NCBI GenBank assembly: GCA_965153455.1
Contig: OZ234493.1
Location: forward strand, 11,460,213 to 11,524,212
Direction: 5' to 3'
Length of the DNA stretch: 64,000 nt
From: Sphagnum compactum
Taxonomy: Eukaryota
The position numbers and the translations under genes are program-made. Shown piece after piece: positions 13,161 through 24,863 of this stretch (position 1 is its first letter; the number at the start of each line of letters is the position of its first letter). The notes under the pieces are model-generated. The model saw only the letters and a list, made by a program, of their open reading frames with translations, did not search any database and was not told where the DNA came from.

Positions 13161-13679
13161 CTAAAATCCTTTTTTAAGCAGCTCCACAAGTGCTCTGAGT
13201 AGATGGCAATGGAACACAATATTTCCCAAAACCAAGATTAGTTTCTTTTTTTTTTTTTCCTCAACCCCAGAATAAAACTGACACTGCAAATGATCGGTAA
13301 CCAATAATAGATACTAGCAACCCACTTGGACCAACCACCTGACTAAGAGTCTATCCAACAATCAACAGCAGGTATTGTCCTTTGCTGAGCCTTTTGCCTG
13401 CCTTGGTATTAATCTCAGGGAAACTGTCCAGGCCAAAGCCATTGTGGTGAGCCAAAATGTACTGTCCAGGGCCATATATATACCCAGCACCTGTGGAGCT
13501 GCTCTTCGGACCACTTTACAGTAGGAGTCGAGGCTGATGTTCAACTCAAATCATGCATTCCTATTGTGCAAAAGTTGAAATCAGCCCCAAGGGCTAATGA
13601 CACTGGGAGTGACGGGCTGAAATAGAAAAATTCTTTTCAATCTGCCCCAAGTTACTAATAAATGCTGAACTTTATGGTA

Positions 13680-14095
13680 CTAGTGATACCCGTGACCTTC
13701 GAACACCCAACCGACGTTGTGCGGGTATCAGAACCAGCCGTGTGTACCCTCAGGTTATCAGTCCGGGTATTTATTCCCTTACCCGACGGGGGTGAGAAAA
13801 TTCAAAACCCCGGTTCTGACATTTTGAACCTTGGTTCCCGAAAGTTTTGGAAATTTTCGAAAACACGTTCCTCTATATAACCACCAGTTCTTTCGGTAGT
13901 GGGGGGGGAGGGGAAGGTTTTTATATCCGCCTCTGGTGCAGTGGGAGAGGGATGCGATCCGACCGTCATTCCTTCTCTTCAGACAGTTGCAATGCTTTGT
14001 GGAGGTCAGGTCCTGGTTTGTACACCTGGCCGGTGCGAAAACCGTGGTGGTCGCCCGCTGCTTCACCGGCCTCTCCCTCCCCCACCCCCCAAAAC
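13680..14095 (-). mobile_element. Helitron-like 3' terminus fragment flanked by a 43-bp direct duplication
   Basis: Minus strand ends GATACCCG...CACGGGTATCACTAG|T (hairpin plus CTAG); flanking repeats 13637-13679 and 14096-14138 differ by 1 base. Confidence 0.55.
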
Positions 14096-15133
14096 TCAAT
14101 CTGCCCCAAGTTACTAATCAATGCTGAACTTTATGGTATTGGCCCCAAGGTTGAAGAAAAGGATACCATCAAAATTGGATGCCAATTTGCAACCCTTGTG
14201 GCCAATGTTGTAGCATTCATGAGTAACTTGGGGTCAGACAAAAAGCCAAAAATGCTCAAACTTCGCCCCTAGTTTTTTCGACCCTGACTCCTAGTGTGAG
14301 GCGGGCCTTAGACTAAATGAGGGTCTCTGAGTTCAATTTTAACATTTCTTTGATGCGTCTTGGGGTTATTACCGGGGAAAGGGCTCATTCAAAAAGGTGA
14401 ATGTTTTAATGTCGGTGCAGGTTCAGCCTCGCCATTAATTACAGGTTTCCCCAATTCCTTCACAAACAACAGACTGGGTTGTGGGCACCATAACACATGT
14501 CAAGTCAGAAAACAAAAATGAGCAAAAAGTTACTGGCTTTCACTAGGCTAATGCCTCAGATTTTTGAATTTTTGAGCAATAATCAAAACCAAAAATGAGC
14601 AATAAGCCAAAAATTCAAAAATTTGCCACTTTTGGTCTTGGACGCTCATCTAAAGGCCTTGGGACCAATTTAAAGCTTTCCACCAATAAGATTGCTTGAA
14701 TTCATTGATCCCTGGACCTTGGACCCTCGTCTAATGTCACTGTTAGTTTCACAACATGTTTTTCCATCATTTATTTAGAGTGCACACATACATACCTCTG
14801 TACCAGTGTTTTCTTTTTCTTTTTTTCTCAATTTTGCAGTTTGTAAACATTGTCCATATTTTCCATTTCTTGAGCATTTTTCTCTCGAACTCAGACTATT
14901 AAAATGAATTTTCCCAATTTCTTCAAAAACAATTTGTAGCCACAGTGCGAAAATTCACCAAGAAAAATCACTGCTCTGTAGAGAATTTCTTTTGTTTTTC
15001 CACTCCGGATTTATTTGCTATGACCATCCATGTAAATTTTTCATTTTCCTCCCAGCCTCCTCCAATCATAGCCACTGGCCAGGGCGAACCAGCACCTACA
15101 CTGGTACACTCACCTTCCTGAGTGAGGCCTCTT

Positions 15134-15166
15134 GGGTTTAGGGTTTAGGTGTAGGGTTTCGGGTTG
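15134..15166 (+). repeat. Interstitial telomere-like (TTTAGGG) tract
   Basis: GGGTTTAGGGTTTAGGTGTAGGGTTTCGGGTT; related AAACCCTAAACCCTAAAC at ~6030. Confidence 0.6.
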
Positions 15167-15266
15167 TAGATTCAGAGACCCTGATTTTGTCTAAGGACAC
15201 TACATGTATCTATAATGTATTGAAGCTGCCCCCAAAAACTTTGGGATTTTCACCATGGTTCTACTA

Positions 15267-15500
15267 TAGGCCGGGTTCACCTGACCAAGGCAAATTGACC
15301 CCCCAAAGCCCATTTAAATTGCTCATAAATATTCTAAGTATTTATAAATATCATTTCCCTAGCCTAAATCGGGGTCCCAAAGTCCAAATCTATGATTTTT
15401 GGGGCCTAATATGGCCATTTGAATGGATTTTGGGGGTTTTTTTTACACTGATCCCAATGTGGGGGTCAATTCACCCTGGCGGGTTCACCCAAGGCCCCAT
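15267..15500. mobile_element. MITE-like element with imperfect ~36-bp inverted ends
   Basis: GGCCGGGTTCACCTGACCAAGGCAAATTGACCCCC versus GGGGGTCAATTCACCCTGGCGGGTTCACCCAAGGCC. Confidence 0.5.
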
Positions 15501-17558
15501 TAATCATGCATTGCCTGCAACATGAGCTCTGGCATAACACTTCAATAATGCACTGGGTGAAATCAGCAAACAGCAGGAAATGTGTGGATCAATATTTTTT
15601 GGGTCAGTTTTGAGATATAGCCCAAGTGGCTATCATCGGTAGGAAGATTTAGTCAGATTTGGCTATGATCTAGATGTGGCATTAGAAAACATCTTTCTCT
15701 TATTTTTGGCTACCTACTTGAAAACCATGTATGGAAATCAGAAGTTTTTACTTTGAATTTGGTTGAATTTTGCCTCTTGACGATCTCAAAAAGCATTTGA
15801 TTTTAGCACTTTTTAATTTATGGCTTAGTTTTTTTTTGGCTATAGTTTTCTGGTAAAAGAGAGGTTGGTGTGTGGATGTGAACAAAAGTCATGATGATAA
15901 GAATGGAGGAGGCCAGAGGGAAAAAGTAAAGCGTGTTTGACAAGTCTCAAGGTGACATTGCATATTCCATCCTCAATTATGAGTAGAAAATAGAGATACG
16001 TGTTCCAGAAAAGAAAGTAAGGAATTGTTCAGTGGCCTAGAAATCGGTAAAGCGCGTAGGCTACGGGCTGAAGAGTCACGGCAAACCCCTTCTAGAAGTT
16101 TCTGGGGGAGGAGAAAATGAAGAAGAAGAAACATCTGTGAGAAAAGTCGAAAAAGGAGTAAGAGAAGAGAGTGGGAATTCCAGGGATATTGTGAAGAGGA
16201 AAGGGGTTGATTTTTTTGGGGAGATCTAGTGGAAAGATCAGCTTAGCTTGCGGGAACCTGTGATGTGAGGGACACCCATCATACCCTGTGTATGCTTTTG
16301 AGATGGCAAAGGATTTGTAGCAGGTTTTATGAGACCAAAAGGTTAAGAGAAAAATATTTATGAGAGCAGTGAGCAAAAGGAATTTCAGTGGTGCGAAATA
16401 TGGCAAATTCATATGGCCTCAAGGGAAAAGGAGTTGATCTTTCACAAGGGCCACCAAAAAGAAAGGGAGATGCTGTGCAGATCCCTGATGTGATTGAGAC
16501 ACCTTTGGTCCCCGCTGAAAATGCTCCTTCAAGCTCCAGATGGCACAGCAATGTGGTGCTTCTTCTTGATCTTCTCATGAGCTTTTCTTTGCACAGTTTT
16601 GTCTTGGGTTTTCCCAAGTTCCATGTTGAAGTTTGATTTTTCTTTGCTTTTTTTAATTTTGTTTGGGTGTTGACAATTTTCCTTGACCCTTACAACCATG
16701 ATAGCTTATTGTCCTCACCAAGCATCAGGAGAAGGAGGTCTAGTTCAGATTTGAACTCCCAACCAGCGGCTTCGCAACCATACCCTTTAGGCACTAGGGT
16801 ACCTGAATGTCGTCGATCATTTACAAGCTTCCTTGTCATACATTTTCAGTTTGCCTACTTTCCAGTTTGTTTGTTTAGATAAAAAACAACAGGAAATGGA
16901 GTCATCATTATAGCTCTTACATTAGGCTGGCGACTCAGTTGCTATATAACAAGTAGAATTGGTGAACGGGAAATTCGTCAATTGGCATTGACTAAGAATA
17001 TATTGAAATTGTAAGGTTTGGAACTTTCATTACAGATTATGAGTTAAGTTCAATGTGTAGTCTTGATCCAACAACCTAAGGCAAATTATTAAAATGCTCT
17101 TGGACATTCTTATTGGGTTTGTGTCCCAATTCCTTAGGAGTTCCAGGCCTTAGTGGCCCAAATGTTGGGGAAAATGTCATGAAATGCAAATGAACCAAAC
17201 TAGATGGTTGAGTTAATCAACCCAAACTTGAAAGAATCCCATTCTTCGCATTAACCTTTATGATTGGCATACGTTCCACTTGCTATGTAACAATATTTAT
17301 TTAGTGAACTATGTTTTGAAACTTTGAGGTCTATGACACATGTGAATGATCTTCATTTGTTAGTCATGCAAGAGAGATTTCGTATTATCCCATTCATCTA
17401 TTATTGTCTTCTTGTTAGACTTAATCTTTTCAATTACTTATTGCTTTTATCTAACTACTATAATTTGTATATTGCATTTCTCTAATTTAATATATAGTCA
17501 TATAATTTTCAAGAGATGTTTGAAGAATAGTGTTGACTTTTTTTCATTTTCTTTGTAG

Positions 17559-20500
17559 AAATATCTAGTGCATGATTTAAATCCCGCTTGCAATTCCAAT
17601 AATCCAAACTTGACCATCGTTTTTTTCCATGGGATTGCTTTTGGCACAAATGATGAATGGAAAGAAACATGGACAACGTGGCCCACCAACAATAGAGAGG
17701 AGTGCATATGTTGGCCACAAAAGTGGCTACCCCGAGACTTGAACAACAATGTTCGAATTTTATCATTGTCCTATGATTCTAACATTGTGGCAAGTGTTCA
17801 CAATGATGTGATTGAAATTGGCAAAAACCTCGTTCAAAGTTTGATTACAAATTCAAGGTGTGACAATCTCCTCTATTTATGCACACATTAATTACTTCTC
17901 CTTGTGTACATTAAAGATAATTGTTTACATCTTTAGAATTTTTTAAATGGTTTGCACAAGTTAATTATTCATGTGTGCTAATATTGTGATACACACCAAC
18001 AAGTTTCCATTTATTTGAATTCTTAGATTCATGTAGAAGAACATAAAATGGGGCTTAAATGCAAATGTTTTTGTTGAGGATAATAGCAAAATCTATTTTC
18101 ATATTATAAGTCCAGGGTACAACTAGTTTGGTTTTGATGCCAATTTTTAATTCGCCCTTTTTGAAGTTTTATCTTTGGTAATGCAATTAATTGAATTAAA
18201 TTATATTAATACGTGTAGAAAATTTGCATCCATTTCATTGCAAAAAGATTATTTAAAAAAAGGGCATATCTTTTTTTATTTAAAAAAAAAATTTGAACGA
18301 TATTTCCAAGGTAACACATAGAAGATGAGTTGTACATTAACAAAAGAATGTAAACACCTACATACTTGTACATAATAATTGTTTTACAAAACATGGTTGT
18401 CACATTTTTTAATTAGATTGATGGAGTCACTAAATAATAAATGATAAGTGACAAGCAAATCAATTATGAACTTCTGGTTTAGGTCATGTGTGAATTGAAA
18501 AATTGCCCCAAGTATAATGAAATAAATTTGTACATGCTAATACAATGTTGATAATGGAATTTTGGTGCATTGTTGAATATTTTGTAGTTATCAATCCCTT
18601 TGGGATGGACCGGTGGCATTAATTGCTTATAGTTTTGGAGGTATTGTACTCAAAAGCTTGGTGGTTGAAGCTCGCAAACATGTAAATCAAAGCCCAAGAA
18701 ATGATTTCGATGATGAAGTACACAAATGTTGTGAGACATTTTTAAACAATGTTAAAGGTGTAGTATTTTATGGTGTACCACATGCTGGCGGTACCCAATA
18801 TTTATCACATTATTTCATTTGGCAACATCAACAAATCAACACATTGAGCAAGTCTACAACCCAATCTGGTTTTTTAAAAGATTTAGAATCTTTCAACCCA
18901 CAAATGGAGCACCTTTCAACGGATTTTAAAAATGCCGTTCATGAAGACCTCAACATCTATGCATTTGGGGAAGGATTACCACTCGATGAACATTGGGTAA
19001 AATTTTCATTTCACCATATTAAAAGTTATCCAACTAGGTTCATTAGTTGAACGTTTTTTGTATTGTCAAAACTTGTGTGGGATCATGTACTCAATATTTT
19101 TAAATATATTAATGTGGAGAAGGACTCATGTGTTTTATGAACTTTGTTTCATGAATTACTATTGATGGAAAGGAAATTTGATTCATTTCAAACAGCAAAA
19201 AATAGGATTAAAATTTTCCCTTCATGAAATCAATTCTATATAAATATTTGTGAGGAAAATCATAACATCATTGAAACATGTAGGATTAATGAGATTCAAA
19301 ACCAATAACTTTGTGATGTATTTATATAATTTGCTTACCAAAGGGTTGAAGGAAATTACTTTTACACAAAATATTTCATTTTTATTCAAACATCAATCAT
19401 TATTAAGCTATAGTTTCCACCACCATTTGAAATTACTATGTTACTTATAAGTTAAAGCATAAGTGAATAAACAAATCAATGAGTTTCATTAACTTAATCT
19501 TTTGCACATGCAGGGAATTTTAGTGCCATTTGCCTCAGCTATCCAGTTGTCAAACAATAACCATTACAAAATTGAGGATGTTAATCACTTGACAATTTGC
19601 AAGCCACCGAACAAAGATCATCCAAGCTATTTTTTATTGTTAAAATGTTTGAAAATATGTATGGAGGTAAAAACATCAAATCTAAGTCTTTTGATTTCAT
19701 ATATGTTCATGTAATTTGATACACATTAGGTTGTAACACACTTGAGGTGTATCGCATATGCAATGTCATATATATTAGTTATAAAATAACATATAAATGA
19801 CCTATATTTTGTGAATTTTGACAGAAAAATATATTGCTTCCACCTTTGCCATGTCATGAGGTGGCATTGATTGACAAAGCAAAAGACATAAACATCTTAT
19901 TACAAAAGGAATCTATCGTTGGTTTGGTTGGAATGGGTGGGATTGGGAAGACCACTTTGTGCAAAAAATTCTATCATTTGTTTCACAACCAATATGACAA
20001 ATCTAGCTTTTTGGAGGATGTGAAATCAAAGGACAATATCAACGATGTCATAAAACAACTCCTACATGATTTGTGTGGCAAAAGGCTATGCAAGGATGAA
20101 AATGTGAATCAAAAAGACCTTGACCAAATTAGGCAATGTATGAAATCAGAGAAAGTGTTAGTGGTGGTGGATGATGTTGATAAGGCGGAGAACCTCACAT
20201 CCTTGCAACTTATCATTGATAAGAGTGCCAAGAATGCAACTTCTAAAAGCAAAGTACTTGTGAATTGTCGAAATTGGCAAAATTTGAAACCTCATGTAAG
20301 TGAGGATGGAAAAGTGATCATGAAATCTTTGGAGAAAGAGCAAGCAAGGGAACTCTTTATGTTCCATGCATTTGGTAATGCAAATCATGTTCCAACAAAA
20401 GATTTCAAAGATATATGTATGAAGATTATAAAAGCTTGTGGGGGGCTCCCTTTAAGTCTTGAAGTATTGGGTTCTTTTTTGTGCAATACCAAAGAATTGG

Positions 20501-22213
20501 AAATCTGGAAAGGTGCATTGAGCAAATTGAAAAGCGGGCAAAGTTTCACCGGGGGAAATGATAATGAAGAGCTTTGGAGTAAACTGAAAATTTCTTATGA
20601 CTACTTGGATAAGCAACATCAAAACATGTTTTTAGATATTGCTTGTTTTTTGGGTGGTTTGAAAATAAGTACAATTTGTCGAGCATGGAGTGGAGATTAT
20701 TTACACCCAAAATTTGGATTACAAAATTTACAACATAGATCTTTAATCCAATGGGGAGAAAGTCGAATCTTGTACAGACATGAACAATTACGAGACATGG
20801 GTCAAAATATTGCAATGGAACTTCCAATTATGAATCGATTTATATGGAAATCAAATAAGCCAAATTCCTTTTTACAAAAAGATGAGGTTGACACCATACT
20901 ATTTCAATCCTATAATTTTATTTTGATTTTCTATGATTTTTTTTTTGTCCCAAATCAAATGTTTTACCTTTCAATCTTGATTTTATAAATACATGTTTTT
21001 TTAAAAAATATGGGCATTATGATGAAATGTTGTTTTATATTGATAATTCTTTTGTTTTCATTTCATGTGATAGGTGGGGGAAAATTTAGAAGGCATTTCA
21101 TTGAAAAAATGTTTCAATTTGCTTGCATTGGCCCAAATTGGATCAAAGGGATTTCACAACCTTAGGTTGGTTGACCTAACAGAAGCCTCACCAACTATTG
21201 TGAAAATGTGCATGCAAAGGTGAAATTTGAATAATGTGAAGTGGTTGTGCTTCAAAAAATGCATGATTCGAAAGTTGCCAAGTAATTTGTTTTATTGTTC
21301 ACAATTAAAAGTACTTGATTTGACAGAATGCCTAAGTTTGGAAAACATACCTTCATGTATTGGCCAATTGAATGCACTCCAAGAGTTAAATTTGAATGGG
21401 TGTTCCAACTTAAAAGAACTTCCTTCATCTATTGGCCGATTGAATGCACTCCAAGAGCTTGATTTGAGTAGGTGTTCCAAGTTGAAAAAATTACCTTCAT
21501 CTATTGGCCAATTGAATGCACTCCAAAAACTTTATTTGTGGGAGTGTTCCAACTTGAAAGAACTACCTTCATCTATTGGCCAATTGAATGCACTCCAAAA
21601 ACTTTATTTGTGGGAGTGTTCCAACTTGAAAGAACTACCTTCATCTATTGGCGAATTGAATGCACTCCAACATTTTTTTTTGTCGGAGTGTTTCAACTTG
21701 AAAGAATTACCTTCATCTATTGGCCAATTGAATGCACTCCAACAGCTTTTTTTGTGGGAGTGTTCCAACTTGAAAGAACTACCCTCATCTATTGGCCAAT
21801 TGAATGCACTCCAAGAGCTTTCTTTGTGGAAGTGTTCTAACTTGAAAGAACTACCTTCATCTATTGGCCAATTGAATGCACTCTAAGAACTTGATTTGAT
21901 GGGGTGTTCCAACTTGAAAGAATTACCTTCATCTATTGGCCAATTGAATGCACTCCAAAGGCTTATTTTGTCGGAGTGTTTCAACTTGAAAGAACTACCT
22001 TCATCTATTGGCCGATTGAATGCACTCCAAGAGCTTTCTTTGTCGGAGTGTTCCAACTTGAAAGAACTACCTTCATCTATTGGCGAATTGAATGCACTCC
22101 AAAAGCTTTTTTAAAATGAGTGTTCCAACCTGAAAGAACTACCTTCATCTCCTGGTCAATTGAATGCACTCCAAAAGCTTAGTTTGAATGGAAAGTTGAA
22201 AGGCAAAAAATGA
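17559..22213 (+). pseudogene. Alpha/beta-hydrolase-NB-ARC-LRR (HNL-type NLR); exons 17559-17857, 18588-18996, 19514-19666, 19825-20886, 21074-22213; start exon not identified; 3 stops in the LRR exon
   Basis: Hydrolase motifs IVFFHG, WPQKWLP, RILSLSYD, AYSFGG, GVVFYGVPHAG, NHLTICKP. NB-ARC motifs GMGGIGKTT, VLVVVDDV, CGGLPL, MFLDIACF, RHEQLRDMG. Splice phases are mutually consistent. Stops at 21221, 21884, 22112. Confidence 0.92.
21340..22190 (+). repeat. Array of 12 near-identical 72-bp LRR-coding units
   Basis: TGAATGCACTC recurs every 72 bp from 21369 to 22161; unit LKELPSSIGQLNALQxLxLxxCSN. Confidence 0.95.
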
Positions 22214-24863
22214 ATGTTGGGCACTTTTACATACCATGTCAACACCTCAATTGCAAGTGCTACTTAGTAAACATGGCAACAACCATTGTGCCATGTTCTA
22301 CAAACATTGGTATGCATGGTTTTAATAAACAAATATTTCTTGAAGTTGCGAAAGCCAACAAAACCACAATGATGACAATATGTTTGTTATCTTATAAAGA
22401 CCCCAACAAGTAGATTTTGAAAACTATCAAATTAATTGATGATTTCTCATAAACATTCAAATCCTAGGTTCCATGATAGATGGTGGGCAAAAATGACTCA
22501 ACTTCCAAGGAAACATTATTCACATTAGGATGTGACCTTTCACCTAGATCCCTATTAAAAGAAATTTGGCATTGAAAAAATAATAATAAAACTAGTTTTT
22601 TCTATACTTCAATGCATAAAAATATATATATGGACAAGGATAGCTTGATGCCCAAAAAAAGAAAGGACTTTTTTGTCAATAGATGCATTGTCACTATTAG
22701 AAAACGGCTAAAACACTCATTTGGTTTGCCACCCACCTATGGTGCAATTGATGTTGGATAAACAACCTCTTCAAGTTGAAAATTTGTTGAACACCCATTT
22801 CACTAACTTGTGGTAGTTTCAATACTCTTGTTGCTAGTGGCTTGTCATGGATGGTTGCCTGATTGGTAAATTGTTCCATCAAGTTGTTCGCTATCATCAA
22901 TTGCAAATCCTCTTGTATGAATGGATAGGTTCGTAAGAGATGTCCTTGTTTATATAAGGTACATTTTTTTGATTATGTGTTCTAATTAATTTTGAAATAA
23001 ACTTGGTTGGAACCTTTTTGGAAATGTGGTTGTAGACATTGCTAATGTAAAAGTCCAAGATCGTTGAAACCACCATGAAAAATAATTGGCACTCTTGCCA
23101 CTAGACAAGTTCTTCCCCCGCTTGTCCCATTTTCACCATATTGTTTTTTGCCCTTACAAGAACATTTTGTGAGTAGTGTTGTAGTGGTCTACCGCCCATT
23201 GATTGTCTCATGTTACTAATCACTCGTTAAAAAAGATCTTTGATATGTGATAGGTCTTATTTCAAATCTTGGTACAACAAGTATATTTCAATGGATGCTT
23301 ATATGAACTTGCACACAACACCCCTAAATCTTGACAAAAAAAAAAAGATTACAAAATTTCCTCCAAATCCAACTCCTAAGGATGGTCACCAAACAATAAA
23401 TATTAATTTAATTCTATGAAATTTATATCAAAACAGGTTTTAAAATGATGTTTTAACTACATGTTTTAAAATCTACTAACAATTTTATTATTAACAGTCT
23501 TGATAGGTTCTTTACTTGCACATATTAACAAGTGTTTGTTATTAAAATCCTTAGCTGATGTTAGTTTTTTTAAAACATAACCTCTACTTGTTTTGCCACA
23601 CAATATCAATGTTATTGAAGCACACAATTTTGTAAAGAAAAAGTGATACACCACAAAAAATTAGGGAGAAAAGGAAACGGTGTTCCATTTCCCTCCAAAT
23701 CCTCCTTTGAAAAAAATGAAAAAAATAAAAAAATTCTGCATCATGTCCAAATCTAAACTAGTTTTGAAATTGTTTACCTATCCAAGCTTACTTTGTCTAC
23801 CTATGCCCTAACACCTAGTTTTTCATGGTTGCAACTATGGTTCAACCTATTGTTTCATACCTAAGTTGTCTCCCTTGTGGTTGTAATAGAATTTGTTTTG
23901 TTTGTGACAATTTTTAGCACATTAAGAAAAAAAATTTGGGCAAAAATTTGAACTTGAACCCTAAACACAATTTTGATCTTTCCATTATTATTATTGAGCC
24001 TCATGCAGATTGTAGGATGTAATATTCTTTCATTGTCCATCCTCAATCTTCTATTTCCCCTTTTGTGAACTATTCTCCACCATTGCCAATTCCCATGTTG
24101 TCCCATCTCATCTTAAAACCCACTTTAGTTTTCACCCAAAAAACTTTCATACAAATTTTCACTTCTAAAAAAGCCTTGTTTGTTGATATTCCTGCTGTTT
24201 AGATTAGTTACAATTGCTCCCACACTTCTTCTCATAGTTGTGACAAACAAGAGTTTTCCCACTTTATGACCTCTAGCTATTCACCAAACACAACCTATTT
24301 GAAAGACATGGTGTGTTGCAAACCTTGGAGTTGCAATATTGGACGTTAGCAATGCACATAGTTACTATTATTCAAGGAGGGACAAATTGAGTAGGTTATC
24401 GTCTCCAAGTAAGCAATGCATGCTATCACTTAAAGTACTTTCAACTTTCATGTCTCATATGCCTTCAACTCTTAGTATTAGCCAAATTGTCACAATTACT
24501 AGTATTGTTAATTCAATGGCATATTCTGTGTTGTGTATGCAATCTATTCATATTGGAAGTTCGGTTCACCGTACACAGGAAAATGGAGAATGATCCTTTT
24601 TGAATTGCATCTTAGGTCCCCTCAAAATTTTGAACAATCAAACCACTTGAACATCTTTGTGCGCATTTTGTCTTTCTACAAAACTTGTACAATGTCAAAT
24701 CTCCATCAGATAGCTGACTTGATTGTCAATGACAGTCTCATGAGGCAAACATGAGAGTCTTGATATTCATTTCCAGTTCAGCCAGTAATTCAGTGAAAAT
24801 GGAGCTACTGTTGTGACTATATAGGTGTAGTGACTTACTCCAAAGCCAATTCAGCTTTTAGTA

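Noticed and set aside
16896-17015. Possible first coding exon of the NLR (ATG at 16896, phase-0 GT at 17016)
   Set aside because: That frame has five stops. The open alternative frame ends in a phase incompatible with the 17559 acceptor. Explaining the stops by C-to-T is uninformative because every stop codon starts with T.
21221-22114. U-to-C editing or readthrough rescuing the NLR stops
   Set aside because: Such editing is organellar in plants, and the third stop (TAA at a Leu position) would not be repaired by it; ordinary mutation suffices
21472-22119. Alternative-frame repetitive ORFs (FQLERTTFIYWPIECTP)
   Set aside because: Shadow frame of the 72-bp LRR units; no independent evidence
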